From: Myxococcota bacterium
Lineage (GTDB): Bacteria; Myxococcota_A; Polyangia; Polyangiales; Houyiibacteriaceae
Direction: 5' to 3'
Assembly (NCBI GenBank): GCA_039030515.1
Contig: JBCCEA010000031.1
Span: 1 to 45,209, forward strand
Length of the DNA stretch: 45,209 nucleotides
Shown piece by piece: positions 8,337 through 18,587 of the stretch (positions are counted from its first letter, which is position 1; every line of letters starts with the position of its first letter). Under the pieces are notes generated by a model. It saw nothing but the letters and a program-made list of their open reading frames with translations. It made no database searches and had not been told where the DNA came from. Both the position numbers and the translations under genes were made by a program.

Positions 8337-9461
8337 ATGGCCAGCGGCATTTCATCCGACTGTCTCGTCCTGGGGGGAGGAATCGCCGGACTTTCGACCG
8401 CATGGGCTCTTGCTCGGCGCGGAGCCGCGAAAGTTACTCTAGTAGAGCAGGAACCTTTAGTCGGAAGCCACAGCTCCGGCAGAAATGCCGCCATCTGGTT
8501 GCCCGTAGAGGACGACCTTGCGACCCGGACCTTTGCGCCGCAGAGCGTTGAACTTCTCGACGAACTTTTCGGTGATCTGACTTGGAAAGCTGAAACTGGA
8601 GCGGTGCTCGCTGCTCCTTCTAAGAGTCAACTCTTCGCTGCAGAGCGCAGCCTCACTGCCCAAGCGGCACCGTTCGATGTGCTCAGCGAGTCTGAATTAT
8701 TCTATCAAGCTCCTCAGTTGCGGGGTGGACGGTGTGGTCAGGGACTTCTAGTTCATCAAGCGGGGGTGATGGATATCGCCAAGATGATCGATACGCTCCA
8801 TCGAGCTGCCCGCCGTCTCGGGGTTCGCATTTTGTGCGGTGAACAAGTGGGTGCGTTTTTGGGGAATCGAATTCGAGTGGACGGTGTGCGTACGACTCAA
8901 GGCAGGTCTCTCAGAGCCGACCGGGTCATCATCGCCTCTGGAGCCTGGGCTGGGGTGCACGGGGAAATGGCCGGCGTACCGACGCCCCATATTCCTCTGC
9001 GCCGTCATCTGATGCAGCTGAAGTCAGAGCACAGAAATCAAAGACCTAGCCGCGTCATCTGGACCTTGTCTCCCGAGATGTATTTCCGTAGCGAATCCTC
9101 CGGCATCCTCGCCTGCGCTGGTGAAGAAGACGAGATGATGCCCAGCATTCCTACAAAGGACCCCGCCGTATTTTCTGTGCTGACCGACAAGCTGAAAAAG
9201 ATGGCCCCCCTGTTGCTCGAAACCAAAGTGCAGCGTTACTGGGCGTGCGTTCGTACCTTTACGGCAGACAGGCAGCCTCTGCTTGGGATCGATCCGCGGA
9301 AGGAAGGGCTCGCCTGGGCGTCGGGATTTGGAGGTCGTGGAATGACGATCGGGCTTGCTGCTGGGGACCATGTCGCCCGAAGTGTGCTGCAGTCCGAAGC
9401 GGTGGGTTCCACTTTTTGTCCTGGACGAATCACGGGAAAACCGGATCGATTGGCAGGCTGA
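8337..9461 (+). CDS. FAD-dependent oxidoreductase (DadA/D-amino acid oxidase family)
   Basis: GGGIAG Rossmann motif, SSGRNAA, IIASGAW and SGFGGRG. Confidence 0.88.
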   Translation: MASGISSDCLVLGGGIAGLSTAWALARRGAAKVTLVEQEPLVGSHSSGRNAAIWLPVEDDLATRTFAPQSVELLDELFGDLTWKAETGAVLAAPSKSQLFAAERSLTAQAAPFDVLSESELFYQAPQLRGGRCGQGLLVHQAGVMDIAKMIDTLHRAARRLGVRILCGEQVGAFLGNRIRVDGVRTTQGRSLRADRVIIASGAWAGVHGEMAGVPTPHIPLRRHLMQLKSEHRNQRPSRVIWTLSPEMYFRSESSGILACAGEEDEMMPSIPTKDPAVFSVLTDKLKKMAPLLLETKVQRYWACVRTFTADRQPLLGIDPRKEGLAWASGFGGRGMTIGLAAGDHVARSVLQSEAVGSTFCPGRITGKPDRLAG

Positions 9462-9591
9462 GTTCCGTTATTTGTTCATATTATTTTTTTTACGGTTAAT
9501 ATTGCGCTCGATCGAGCTCAGCCTTACAGTCTCGTTCACCGGCGTCTGCTGCAATGATATGCCCCGGACGTCGTTTTAACCGTATCTACAC

Positions 9592-9605
9592 ATGCACTAG
9601 TGCAT
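9592..9605. promoter_or_regulatory. Perfect 14-bp palindrome ATGCACTAGTGCAT, candidate operator
   Basis: Intergenic, ~100 bp upstream of the receiver gene and downstream of an AT-rich tract. Confidence 0.3.
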
Positions 9606-9703
9606 CGAGTGGATCGAATTAGACGGTTCTCAGTCCGCGATGGGGGACTCCCCGAAGCGAGCCCGTATACCTTTCGGATAAACATCTTTGTGGGTAGAGG
9701 ACG

Positions 9704-10177
9704 ATGGCCAGCGATGAAAAGCGCGCGGAAGCAAAGCGCGCGGAAGCAAAGCTAAAACAGGCGAGAGAGGCGGCTGCCTCTGTTCCCCGTCGTCAACGCG
9801 GCGTTCTCATCGTTGAATCCGACCCGAACATGCAGTGGAAGCTGGCGCGCATCCTCACGGTGAACGGAAATCGAGTGGTTGGGACCAGCACCGGCAGCGG
9901 TGCCCTCGCCCTGATCTCAGAATGGCCCGTCGATTTGGTACTCGTAGACGAAGACCTCCCAGGCATGAACGGTTTCGAATTGGCCCGAAAGATCCGACAG
10001 CGACACCCAGAAATACCCGTCGTGTTGATGACCGACCCTCAGAACACCGAAATGCACGTAGCGGCACGGCTTGCCGGAGCGGTGGCCTGTATCGCCAAGC
10101 CGTTTCGCCCCGAAAATCTCCTCGAACTGTTCAGCACACTTCAGATCCAAGGCCTCTTACTGGCTCCGGTCGGCTAA
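9704..10177 (+). CDS. Single-domain response regulator (receiver)
   Basis: VLIVES, DLVLVDEDLPGMNG, PVVLMT and IAKPF motifs. RBS-like GAGGA upstream. Confidence 0.9.
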   Translation: MASDEKRAEAKRAEAKLKQAREAAASVPRRQRGVLIVESDPNMQWKLARILTVNGNRVVGTSTGSGALALISEWPVDLVLVDEDLPGMNGFELARKIRQRHPEIPVVLMTDPQNTEMHVAARLAGAVACIAKPFRPENLLELFSTLQIQGLLLAPVG

Positions 10178-10346
10178 CCAGAACGAGCCTCGGCATACCG
10201 GGATTCGGCTCTAAAACGGCGCCAGAGACCAAGCCATCTCAAAGATCTGCTCCAGCCGGTCGTCTCTCAGCGGCAGATCGCTTGCGGGCCCGCAGTCGAG
10301 AGAATCCGTTGACACTCCCGAGTCCCGATGAAAGGCTGAGCGAACT

Positions 10347-12278
10347 TTGCGCCGACCCCTAGTCGTTCTCGCTGTGATCTGGTCCGGGCTCCTCGCAGTT
10401 GCTGCGCTTGCACAGAGCCGACTTCAGACCATCGACGTCGACGAAATCCAGCCCGGAATGAGAGGTTACGGTTTGACGGTGTTCCGGGGTACACGCCCCG
10501 AGCGCTTTGAGGTCGAAGTGATCGATGTGCTTCACAATTTCCAGCCGGATCAAGACCTCATCCTCATCCGCACCCATCATCCGATCCTCGAAACAGCGGT
10601 GGCGGTGGGAGGCATGAGCGGTAGCCCGGTGTACCTCGATGGGCGACTGGCGGGAGCGTACGCCTACGGTTGGCCTTTTGGCTTGGAGCCCGTGGTCGGT
10701 GTGACCCCCATCGCAAGCATGTTGGCCGAGATGCATCTTCCGCTCAGGGAACGCGCCTTTCCACCCGCCACGGTCTTTCCAAAAACTCGGGCTGCTCGCG
10801 GCTCCGCCGTAGAGACGACCCCCGCCGCAGAGACGATCCCCGCCGCAGAAACAAAACGCGCAGCGCACTCGAAACGCTCCGAGCTGAGGGACCGTAGCTT
10901 TTCACGTACCGACCTCTTTGCTGCGTACGACGGCCGTCGCATGGCTGCTGGAGATCGTTTGCGCGACTTGAAGCGCATTCGGCACCCCAGGGGCGAGTTC
11001 GATCCACAGCCAGCGAAGACGCCGCTCATGATCGGCGGCATGAACCCGACCGCGGTTCGGCTACTGCGCGAGGAGCTTGGCCCGTTCGGACTTGAACCGC
11101 TGCAGGCTGGAGGAGGAGCGACCGAGAGCGTGACGGCGGCACCGTTTGAAAACGGCGGCGCGATAGGTGTACAGCTGATCCGGGGCGACCTGTCCGCAAC
11201 CGCGGTAGGTACGGTCACTTTTGTGGGAGACCAAAGACTCATTGCATTTGGGCATCCAATGTTGCAAGCGGGACAAGTAGGGCTCCCCACGGCGACTGCA
11301 CGGGTGCTGCATATTTTGGCCAGCCGCAGTCGGTCCTTTAAGATCGCTGAAGCACTGAGCTCGCAGGGAACGCTGATCCACGATCGTCAGGCCGGTATCG
11401 TCGTCGATTCGCACCGCACTGCAGCGACTGTATCCCTCAGGATTCGCATGCCGGGCTTGGCTGCGGTTCCTCGAAACGAGTGGAAAGTGGAGATCGCCAG
11501 CCATCGAGCCCTCACGCCCGTTTTGGTACTCGCTGCCCTCAGCAACGCCGTGAGCGCCACTGCCAGCGATCGCACAGAGGTGACGTTTCGCGCCGAGACG
11601 CGCGTGAAGGTGTTCGGAGAGACTGACTTCACCGCCCTTGAAGACGAAGGCATGATGCAGGATGGTCCGTCCGAGTCGAGAGTCTTGAGCCGACTACGCC
11701 TCTTCCAAGTGATCGATGCTGCATACGGCAATCCGTTCCGTCGCTCTTGGCCACAGTCGATTGAGATCGATCTGTTCTTCAAGTTTGCTCGCGAGGTCGA
11801 AGAAATCGTCGATGTTCGGGTGGCTCGCAGCGAGGTCGACCCGGGAGAGACGGTTTCGCTCCAGGTGCAGCTCCAACGCAAGGATGCCGAAAGAAGACTC
11901 GTTACTCTGCCGATTCGCGTACCGCCCGGGTCGGCTGGAAGTACACTCGAAGTGAAGATTCAGGGTGGTCACGAGGTTTCAAGGCCTCAGCCTATCGCCC
12001 AAAGTCTCGGTCAGCTGCTCGATCAGATTCAGGACTACGTACCGGCGCGATCCCTTGTCGCTTCTGTGCAGCGGCCGACTCGAGGATTGCGCTATCGAGG
12101 CCAGATAGTCGATTCGTTACCCGCATCGGCCCTAGATACGCTTCAGTTCACCACGGAGGGAGGGTCGGTGCGACCCTTTGTCACCCAAATGCACTACATC
12201 CAGCCGAACGAATACCTGCTCACCGGCGCCGCGTACCTCACGCTTCACGTTCGTGAGAAGCCAAAGGTCGCGCCTTGA
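10347..12278 (+). CDS. Secreted SpoIVB-like peptidase S55 domain protein
   Basis: Signal peptide, GMRGYGLTVFRG, GGMSGSPV catalytic Ser motif, GTVT and AFGHP. Confidence 0.85.
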   Translation: MRRPLVVLAVIWSGLLAVAALAQSRLQTIDVDEIQPGMRGYGLTVFRGTRPERFEVEVIDVLHNFQPDQDLILIRTHHPILETAVAVGGMSGSPVYLDGRLAGAYAYGWPFGLEPVVGVTPIASMLAEMHLPLRERAFPPATVFPKTRAARGSAVETTPAAETIPAAETKRAAHSKRSELRDRSFSRTDLFAAYDGRRMAAGDRLRDLKRIRHPRGEFDPQPAKTPLMIGGMNPTAVRLLREELGPFGLEPLQAGGGATESVTAAPFENGGAIGVQLIRGDLSATAVGTVTFVGDQRLIAFGHPMLQAGQVGLPTATARVLHILASRSRSFKIAEALSSQGTLIHDRQAGIVVDSHRTAATVSLRIRMPGLAAVPRNEWKVEIASHRALTPVLVLAALSNAVSATASDRTEVTFRAETRVKVFGETDFTALEDEGMMQDGPSESRVLSRLRLFQVIDAAYGNPFRRSWPQSIEIDLFFKFAREVEEIVDVRVARSEVDPGETVSLQVQLQRKDAERRLVTLPIRVPPGSAGSTLEVKIQGGHEVSRPQPIAQSLGQLLDQIQDYVPARSLVASVQRPTRGLRYRGQIVDSLPASALDTLQFTTEGGSVRPFVTQMHYIQPNEYLLTGAAYLTLHVREKPKVAP

Positions 12279-14464
12279 AGTTGTCGTCTCCCCGCCGCGT
12301 ACAGGCCAATGCGCTCAGGCTCGTCTTGATCGCATCCTGCCTGGCGGCGTTCACCACCACCTGGCTCGGTGGTTTTGCAACAGCCGGTTCCACACGAAGC
12401 TTTCTCATCGATTCGGCTGATGATTTTGCCCGTGGCACGTTGAGCGGAACGAGCGTGCTCTCCTCGGGCAAGGTAGTCCCCAGCCTTCGACTCGAACGAG
12501 TAGCGCTGCCGGCGGCATTTGGCTCCGCCATCGTCGTGGGCCCCGACGAGCAACTCTTCATCGGTACCGGAGATGCCGGCGCGATCTATCGCGTTCGTGG
12601 CCAAGACGTCGAGGTCTTCGCCGAAACTGGAGCCCTGGTCGTGACCTCCCTCCTTCGCACCGAACGCGGCTCTTTGTTTGCGGGCACGCTTCCGGGTGGT
12701 CGCATCTTTCGAATCAGCCCCGCCGGAGACGTTTCCCTTTTTGCCGAGCTTGAAGGCACCGAGCATATCTGGCAGCTCGCGTATCACGAGGGACGGCAAC
12801 AGCTCTTTGCCGCCACCGGTCCTGAAGGACGGCTCTATGCGATCGATGCAGAGGGGAATGCGGCCGTGCTTCACGATGCTGAGGTGGAGCATCTACTCGC
12901 GCTCGCGCTCGAAGGTGATGCTCTTTTTGTGGGCAGCGGTGAAGATGCCCGAGTGCTGCGTTTCCGGCTCACCGCCGATCCGATCGACTTTGATGTAGTG
13001 CATGACTTCGAAGCTGACGAAGTGACCGCGCTCGACGTGCGCCACGGAATCGTTGCAGCGGCAGTCAATGAGTTTCCCGAGCCGCCCCGCGTGACGAAGA
13101 CGAAAGGGCGTCCTGCACGGCCGAAGCACGGCAAGGGAGCGCTTTACCGAATCGGTCGAGACGCCCGCACGGAGGTGGTGTACCGAACCGACGAGAGTCA
13201 CATCGCGGCGGTCGAAGTGGGGGACGATGGAGTTCTCTACGCAGGCCTTGGTCAGGGTGGACGGGTCGTCCGAGTCAGTCCCGATCTTCAACACGCCGTT
13301 TGGTTTGAAGTGGACGAACGGCAGGTGCTCGGGCTGCACCTCGATGATACGCCGGCGTACTTCACAACCGGCGACGGGGCTGCGCTGTATCGTGCCCTGC
13401 CCCCCGATGGAGAGACGGCGCACTGGACGAGTGAGGTGCTCGACGCTCAGTTTCACGCGCGTTTCGGGCAGCTTTCCTGGCGGGGCACCGGAGGGTTCGC
13501 CGTTCAGACCCGATCGGGAAACTCCGAAACTCCCGATGAAACCTGGTCCGACTGGTCACGCCCGATCCTGACGCCGGGGCCAGTGCGGAGTCCAGCAGCC
13601 CGCTTTGTGCAGATTCGTGTTGCGATGTCGCCTGCATCGTCCGAGCGTCGCCGCTCTGTGGCCCGGCAGAGCGTGAGCCAAGCGAGACCGACTTCTTCAG
13701 CAAACCCGGCACCTTCGCTATTCGCCGTGCAGCTCTTCTATCTCCCTCAAAATCAAAGACCGAGGGTAGGGGACGTGAGGCTGAAACCTCCGAGCAAGAA
13801 TGAATCAAAGAATAAAGGTCCACGCTCGCAAGCTTCCGAATCTTCAAGTCGCTACAACCTCACCTGGTCCACCACCAATACCGATGGAGATTCCCTCAGA
13901 TACCGGCTGCGCTATCGGGCAGAAGGTCGTTCTTTTTGGCGCTCCATGTTTGGTGAAGACGAGGTTCTGACCGAGACCGAATATGTTTGGGAGACCGAAG
14001 GCATTCCCGACGGCTGGTATGTCGTCGAGGTTGAGGCCTCCGACGAACCAAACAATCCCGCCTCGCTGACTCTAAAAAGCCGGGCGCGCTCTGAGCCGTT
14101 ACGTATCGACAACCACGCTCCAGAGCTCAGCCTACGTCTCGAGGGGAATCACACGGTTGTTGGACAAGCACGGGATACGCTGGGACCGATCGCACGCCTT
14201 GAATACGCGATCAACGCTGGAAACTATAACCTGTTCTATCCTCTTGATGGATTGCTCGACACAGACACAGAGCCATTCGAACTCGACCTCCGTAGACTCA
14301 ACCTTTCCATCGAAGAGGCGGTTTCGCTGGGGAGCGCCGAAAAAATTTCGATCTCGATTCGGGTGACCGATGCCGGAGGGAATCTCCGAACCGAAGAACT
14401 CGAAGTGCCTCGATGGGGTGCGCTGCGGAACATCCAAAGCTGTTGTAACGCAGCGCAGCAGTAA
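12275..14464 (+). CDS. Secreted beta-propeller protein with C-terminal Fn3/Ig-like domains
   Basis: Overlaps the S55 stop by 4 nt (TTGA). Repeated LFxGTG/GRIFRI blades, TRSGNS..PDETWSDW and WETEGIPDGWYVVEVEASD. Confidence 0.75.
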   Translation: MKLSSPRRVQANALRLVLIASCLAAFTTTWLGGFATAGSTRSFLIDSADDFARGTLSGTSVLSSGKVVPSLRLERVALPAAFGSAIVVGPDEQLFIGTGDAGAIYRVRGQDVEVFAETGALVVTSLLRTERGSLFAGTLPGGRIFRISPAGDVSLFAELEGTEHIWQLAYHEGRQQLFAATGPEGRLYAIDAEGNAAVLHDAEVEHLLALALEGDALFVGSGEDARVLRFRLTADPIDFDVVHDFEADEVTALDVRHGIVAAAVNEFPEPPRVTKTKGRPARPKHGKGALYRIGRDARTEVVYRTDESHIAAVEVGDDGVLYAGLGQGGRVVRVSPDLQHAVWFEVDERQVLGLHLDDTPAYFTTGDGAALYRALPPDGETAHWTSEVLDAQFHARFGQLSWRGTGGFAVQTRSGNSETPDETWSDWSRPILTPGPVRSPAARFVQIRVAMSPASSERRRSVARQSVSQARPTSSANPAPSLFAVQLFYLPQNQRPRVGDVRLKPPSKNESKNKGPRSQASESSSRYNLTWSTTNTDGDSLRYRLRYRAEGRSFWRSMFGEDEVLTETEYVWETEGIPDGWYVVEVEASDEPNNPASLTLKSRARSEPLRIDNHAPELSLRLEGNHTVVGQARDTLGPIARLEYAINAGNYNLFYPLDGLLDTDTEPFELDLRRLNLSIEEAVSLGSAEKISISIRVTDAGGNLRTEELEVPRWGALRNIQSCCNAAQQ

Positions 14465-14751
14465 ACGGTCCGGTTTGCAATCTCGATGAAAGCATTCGGG
14501 TCTTCGTCGCGACATCGGTAGAAGCGTCAATGAGCAGGGCGGGTTTGACGCAAGTGCCGAGTTCGGAGTGACGCAATGCATCGTCGCAATGTGCCGAAAA
14601 AACTCGTCTTCTGCGCATGACTGCGCTAACGCCGACTGCATTTAAAAATGCCCTGGCGTCCTTGTACCACCCGTTTTTTGCGTGCTACCACCCGCTGAAA
14701 TCGGGTTCGAGGGCGTGTTTCGACGTACTTGGGAACCCTCAAGGAGACAGT

Positions 14752-15696
14752 ATGAAGAACCTGAAAGAGCTATCTCTGCTCGGCCTCGCCCTTATCGCGT
14801 TTGGAGCGGTCGGATGTGGCGACGACAGCAGCGACACCGACACCGGAGATACCGACAGCGGCACGAACGCCGGCGACCTAGACTCCGGAACCAGCAATGG
14901 CGGCTCCAATTTTGGCGGCGAGCCCGATGAGTTTACCCAGTGCACGGGCGGCGCGAGCTACGATTACGTGCTGAGCACGCTGGTCGTGCCCAATGCCACT
15001 AACGATGCGAGTTCCGTAGACGGATTCGATCTCGACGGCCGCGGAAGCGTCGACAGCGGCTTGTGTGCAGCGACCGACTTCTCCAACAAACGCCACCAGG
15101 ACGTCGACAACGCCCTTGCCGCAAACCTAAACGCGCTCAATACATTTCTTAACGTCAACGACGCTCTGGCCACCACCCTCAACTCGGGAAACTTGGTCAT
15201 CGTCTTGAGACTCGCCGCGGTCGACGACTTCCTCAACGACGACTGCGTCAACGCAGAGATCTATCTAGGCGCCACCGCTGATGGAGAGGCGCCTGAGATC
15301 GACCAGGCAACCGGCGCAGTCGCCGCAAGCCAAACCTTCGTGCTCGATGGAGAGGCGCAAGCGACGATAAACGCCGTCATCGCAGGCGGGCTCATCCAGT
15401 TCACCGCTCCAAGCGTACCGCTCAGCCTGACCTTTGAAGACACGCGCCTCGACCTCTCTATTTTGGAAGCGCGACTCGACGGCGAAATCACCGCTGATGG
15501 CTTGATCGACGGAATGATCGGAGGAGGGCTCACCATCCCAAACATCGTCAACCTTTTGCAGCAGCTGGAACTCGGGGCGGACTTCAGCGGAATCATCAGC
15601 GGATTTGCCGACGTTGTGTCCGCGTCCGGTGAGTGTGACGTGCTCAGCCTCGGAGCAGGCCTCACCGGCGTTTCCGCCACGATCCAAGCCGAGTAG
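14752..15696 (+). CDS. Acidic lipoprotein of unknown function
   Basis: AAGGAG RBS at 14741, signal MKNLKELSLLGLALIAFGAVG-C, D/T/G linker and several Cys. Start is downstream of the ORF-track start. Confidence 0.85.
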   Translation: MKNLKELSLLGLALIAFGAVGCGDDSSDTDTGDTDSGTNAGDLDSGTSNGGSNFGGEPDEFTQCTGGASYDYVLSTLVVPNATNDASSVDGFDLDGRGSVDSGLCAATDFSNKRHQDVDNALAANLNALNTFLNVNDALATTLNSGNLVIVLRLAAVDDFLNDDCVNAEIYLGATADGEAPEIDQATGAVAASQTFVLDGEAQATINAVIAGGLIQFTAPSVPLSLTFEDTRLDLSILEARLDGEITADGLIDGMIGGGLTIPNIVNLLQQLELGADFSGIISGFADVVSASGECDVLSLGAGLTGVSATIQAE

Positions 15697-15772
15697 CGCT
15701 CTCGTTCTTACCCGCGATATCTCCACCGCTCGACCCTAGGCACTCTTCCTTGGGTCCGGTGAGCGCAATCTG

Positions 15773-15805
15773 AAAAGGTCCGGCCGTCCTGGTCGGGCCT
15801 TTTTT
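15773..15805 (+). terminator. Intrinsic terminator
   Basis: AAAAGGTCCGGCC-GTCCT-GGTCGGGCCTTTTTT hairpin with a T-run. Confidence 0.8.
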
Positions 15806-15917
15806 ATTGCCACCAGCGTGCTGGGCACTGCAAGTTCTTCAAGCTACCGACATCCGTGCGTTCTTCGCGTCTGCGGAGCATTGATTTTGCCAGCTCCAGC
15901 GTGCACAATATCACGTT

Positions 15918-18536
15918 ATGGGGAATCCAGACCCCACTGGGGGCTCCAAGCCACAGGACGGTGGTCGCTCTTCTCGCGTGATTCCCTTTGGCAAGTATCT
16001 ACTGCTCGAGCGAATCGCCGTGGGGGGTATGGCTGAAGTATTCCTCGCCAAATCTTTTGGTCACGAGGGTATCGAGAAGCTTCTCGCCATAAAGCGAATT
16101 CTGCCGACCATGGCTGAGGACCACGACTTCATCGAAATGTTCATCGATGAAGCCAAGATCGCCGGACATCTGACCAACGCGAATATCGTACCGATTTTTG
16201 AACTCGGGAAGATCGGCGAATCCCACTACATCGCGATGGAGTACGTGTGGGGCAAAGACATGCTCCAAATCGTCAATCGCTTTCGTCGCCTTCGCAAGCG
16301 GATGCCTCCCGCAATGGTCGCCTCGATCGCGTCCAAACTCTGTGAAGGCCTCGAGTACGCCCACAACAAGAGCGACCGTCAGGGAACCCCTCTCAATCTC
16401 GTTCACCGAGACATCTCTCCTCAAAACATCCTGGTCAGCTACGAGGGTAGGGTAAAGCTGATCGACTTTGGAATCGCGCGCGCCGCGTCGCGAACCACGA
16501 AGACCCAGGCAGGTGTGCTCAAGGGAAAATTCGGGTACATGAGTCCGGAGCAGGTGCGGGGTCTGCGCATCGATCTGCGCTCCGATCTTTTTGCGCTCGG
16601 TACGTGCATGTATGAGATGCTCACGAGCGAACGACTTTTTGTCGGAGAAAGCGACTTCACTACGCTCGAGAAGGTTCGTAACGCTGCGGTGGCGCCTCCG
16701 TCTACGGTGGTTCCTACCCCGGAAGAGCTCGATACGATCGTGATGAAGGCGCTGGCGAGAGATCCTGCCCAGCGGTTTCAGTCTGCCGGCGAGCTTCAAC
16801 GGGCGCTTCAGCGGTTTTTGATGAATCAGAGGCCGCCATTTACCACGAGCAAACTGTCCTCGTGGATGAAGACGGCCTTTGCATCGGAGATGCGTGAAGA
16901 AAAAGAGCGTCTCGATGGCTATGCCGAAATCGGTCACCCATCGGTTGTTGGTACGCCCCTCAGCATACCCACGCGAACGGGACGAAGGGCCGACGTAGCG
17001 ACCGCGCCAGCCGCCACGATGACCGGGGCCCCGATTCGGCCTGCACACAGTCCGAAGAACACAGTCGATACCCGTCATCCTGCGAGCACCGGTGAAGCAG
17101 AAACACGCGGTCGCATCATCGACCCGTTTGACGTCACGGTGCGCGCGAGTGGTCTGGACATGTCTGATGACAAAACCGCCATCTCGTCGGTGCCGTTTGC
17201 CTACGATGCAGAACCCACGTTGCATGGGGATCTCGATGGTGAAGAAACTACGATATTCTTCTCAGCGGACGAGTTGGACTACGCGCCAGACTCCACCGAG
17301 CGTGCAGATTACTCCTCGAAATCCGTGATCGATTCCCCCACTGCAGCGCTCAGGCCTTTTCGCAAGTCCAAGTTCCCTGACCGAGATTTGGGTCATTCTC
17401 TCGAACTTGAGTCGACTGAGCTCGAGTTTCTGGAATCCTCCGATCTTCAGTTTCCCGAGGCGGAAGAACTCGACCCACCCACACTAGAAGACGCCATCAG
17501 TCCGGTGGTGGAGGGCAGCCCCGACCTGGAACACGATCGCGGGCTCGCACGTTCTGCCTGCCCGACCGATAGGCCCAGTGCCCTAGGCACTCTTGCTCGC
17601 GGACCGTCCGCTCCGCCCACGTCAGAACAAGTATCCAAAGGTGCAGGCTCGTCTACGGACCGTCCGAAGTCGGTATCGGCCGCCAAGAAGAACTCAGCGG
17701 GTCCCGCCAGAGGACTTCGGGAAGCGGATCTATTCGACAACGTCTCGATTCCCGCACCCTTGTCCGCTCCCGAACCGACTAGGCCTTCGGATTTTCGCGT
17801 TACCAGCCCTCAACTTCCGTCTACCCGAGGCTATGCGGCGACTCAGGAAGTCGTGCGGGTATCTCCACCAAAGCGAAGCCGTTGGCACGATCACCAAGGA
17901 ATCTTTCTCGCGGCGGGAAGCCTACTTGGCGTCTTGTTTCTCTCTATGCTGACCTGGATCGCTCTTTCATCTGCGGAACCCACGGGCTCTATCGAAATTC
18001 GCACGGTTCCTGTAGTTCAAGCGCTCGTAGCGATCGACGGTATTGCTCGAGGGCATACGCCCGTGCGTATCGACGGAGTACCTGCGGGCAATCGCGCGCT
18101 TCGGATCGAAGCCCAGGGGTACCAACCTGTCCGCCGAGAGGTCCAGGTTGGTGAAGATTCGATGGCGATGCTCGATATTGTACTGGTCGCTCTCGACGAG
18201 TCCGGCCCGGAGCCTAACGAAACGCCAGATCCAGATCCTGAGGTGGAGCGCGAACCGGAACCGGTCCAAACCGACGAAACTGAATCGATCACAGCGCCTG
18301 AGTCTCCATCTCCTGCAGCAGGCAGCTTCTCCATCCTGCACATCAACTCGCTCCCTCAATCTGAGGTGCGGGTGGACGGTGCGCTGAAAGGTCGAACCCC
18401 CCTATGGAACCTACGCGTGCAGCCGGGCGCGCATCGAGTTCAGTTCCGCACGGACGACGGGCGAGAGCACACCACCAGCGTTCAGGTGGCTCCGAGAGAA
18501 ACAAAGCCTATTCCCTATCGCTTCCCCGCTCAGTAA
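15918..18536 (+). CDS. Membrane Hanks-type Ser/Thr protein kinase with two C-terminal PEGA domains
   Basis: GGMAEV, AIKRI, HRDISPQN, DFG and YMSPE motifs, then a long low-complexity linker, a TM helix and PEGA-like VAIDG..RGHTP and VRVDG..GRTP. Confidence 0.93.
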   Translation: MGNPDPTGGSKPQDGGRSSRVIPFGKYLLLERIAVGGMAEVFLAKSFGHEGIEKLLAIKRILPTMAEDHDFIEMFIDEAKIAGHLTNANIVPIFELGKIGESHYIAMEYVWGKDMLQIVNRFRRLRKRMPPAMVASIASKLCEGLEYAHNKSDRQGTPLNLVHRDISPQNILVSYEGRVKLIDFGIARAASRTTKTQAGVLKGKFGYMSPEQVRGLRIDLRSDLFALGTCMYEMLTSERLFVGESDFTTLEKVRNAAVAPPSTVVPTPEELDTIVMKALARDPAQRFQSAGELQRALQRFLMNQRPPFTTSKLSSWMKTAFASEMREEKERLDGYAEIGHPSVVGTPLSIPTRTGRRADVATAPAATMTGAPIRPAHSPKNTVDTRHPASTGEAETRGRIIDPFDVTVRASGLDMSDDKTAISSVPFAYDAEPTLHGDLDGEETTIFFSADELDYAPDSTERADYSSKSVIDSPTAALRPFRKSKFPDRDLGHSLELESTELEFLESSDLQFPEAEELDPPTLEDAISPVVEGSPDLEHDRGLARSACPTDRPSALGTLARGPSAPPTSEQVSKGAGSSTDRPKSVSAAKKNSAGPARGLREADLFDNVSIPAPLSAPEPTRPSDFRVTSPQLPSTRGYAATQEVVRVSPPKRSRWHDHQGIFLAAGSLLGVLFLSMLTWIALSSAEPTGSIEIRTVPVVQALVAIDGIARGHTPVRIDGVPAGNRALRIEAQGYQPVRREVQVGEDSMAMLDIVLVALDESGPEPNETPDPDPEVEREPEPVQTDETESITAPESPSPAAGSFSILHINSLPQSEVRVDGALKGRTPLWNLRVQPGAHRVQFRTDDGREHTTSVQVAPRETKPIPYRFPAQ

Positions 18537-18587
18537 TCACATTCTGGCGATAGAGAGCCAAGCGCAGAAAAGTGAAGATATCCTGAG

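Noticed and set aside
15999..17225. 408-aa antisense ORF and similar long shadow ORFs (e.g. 21024-21704, 41948-42661, 43990-44544)
   Set aside because: They are antisense to well-supported genes, as expected in GC-rich DNA.
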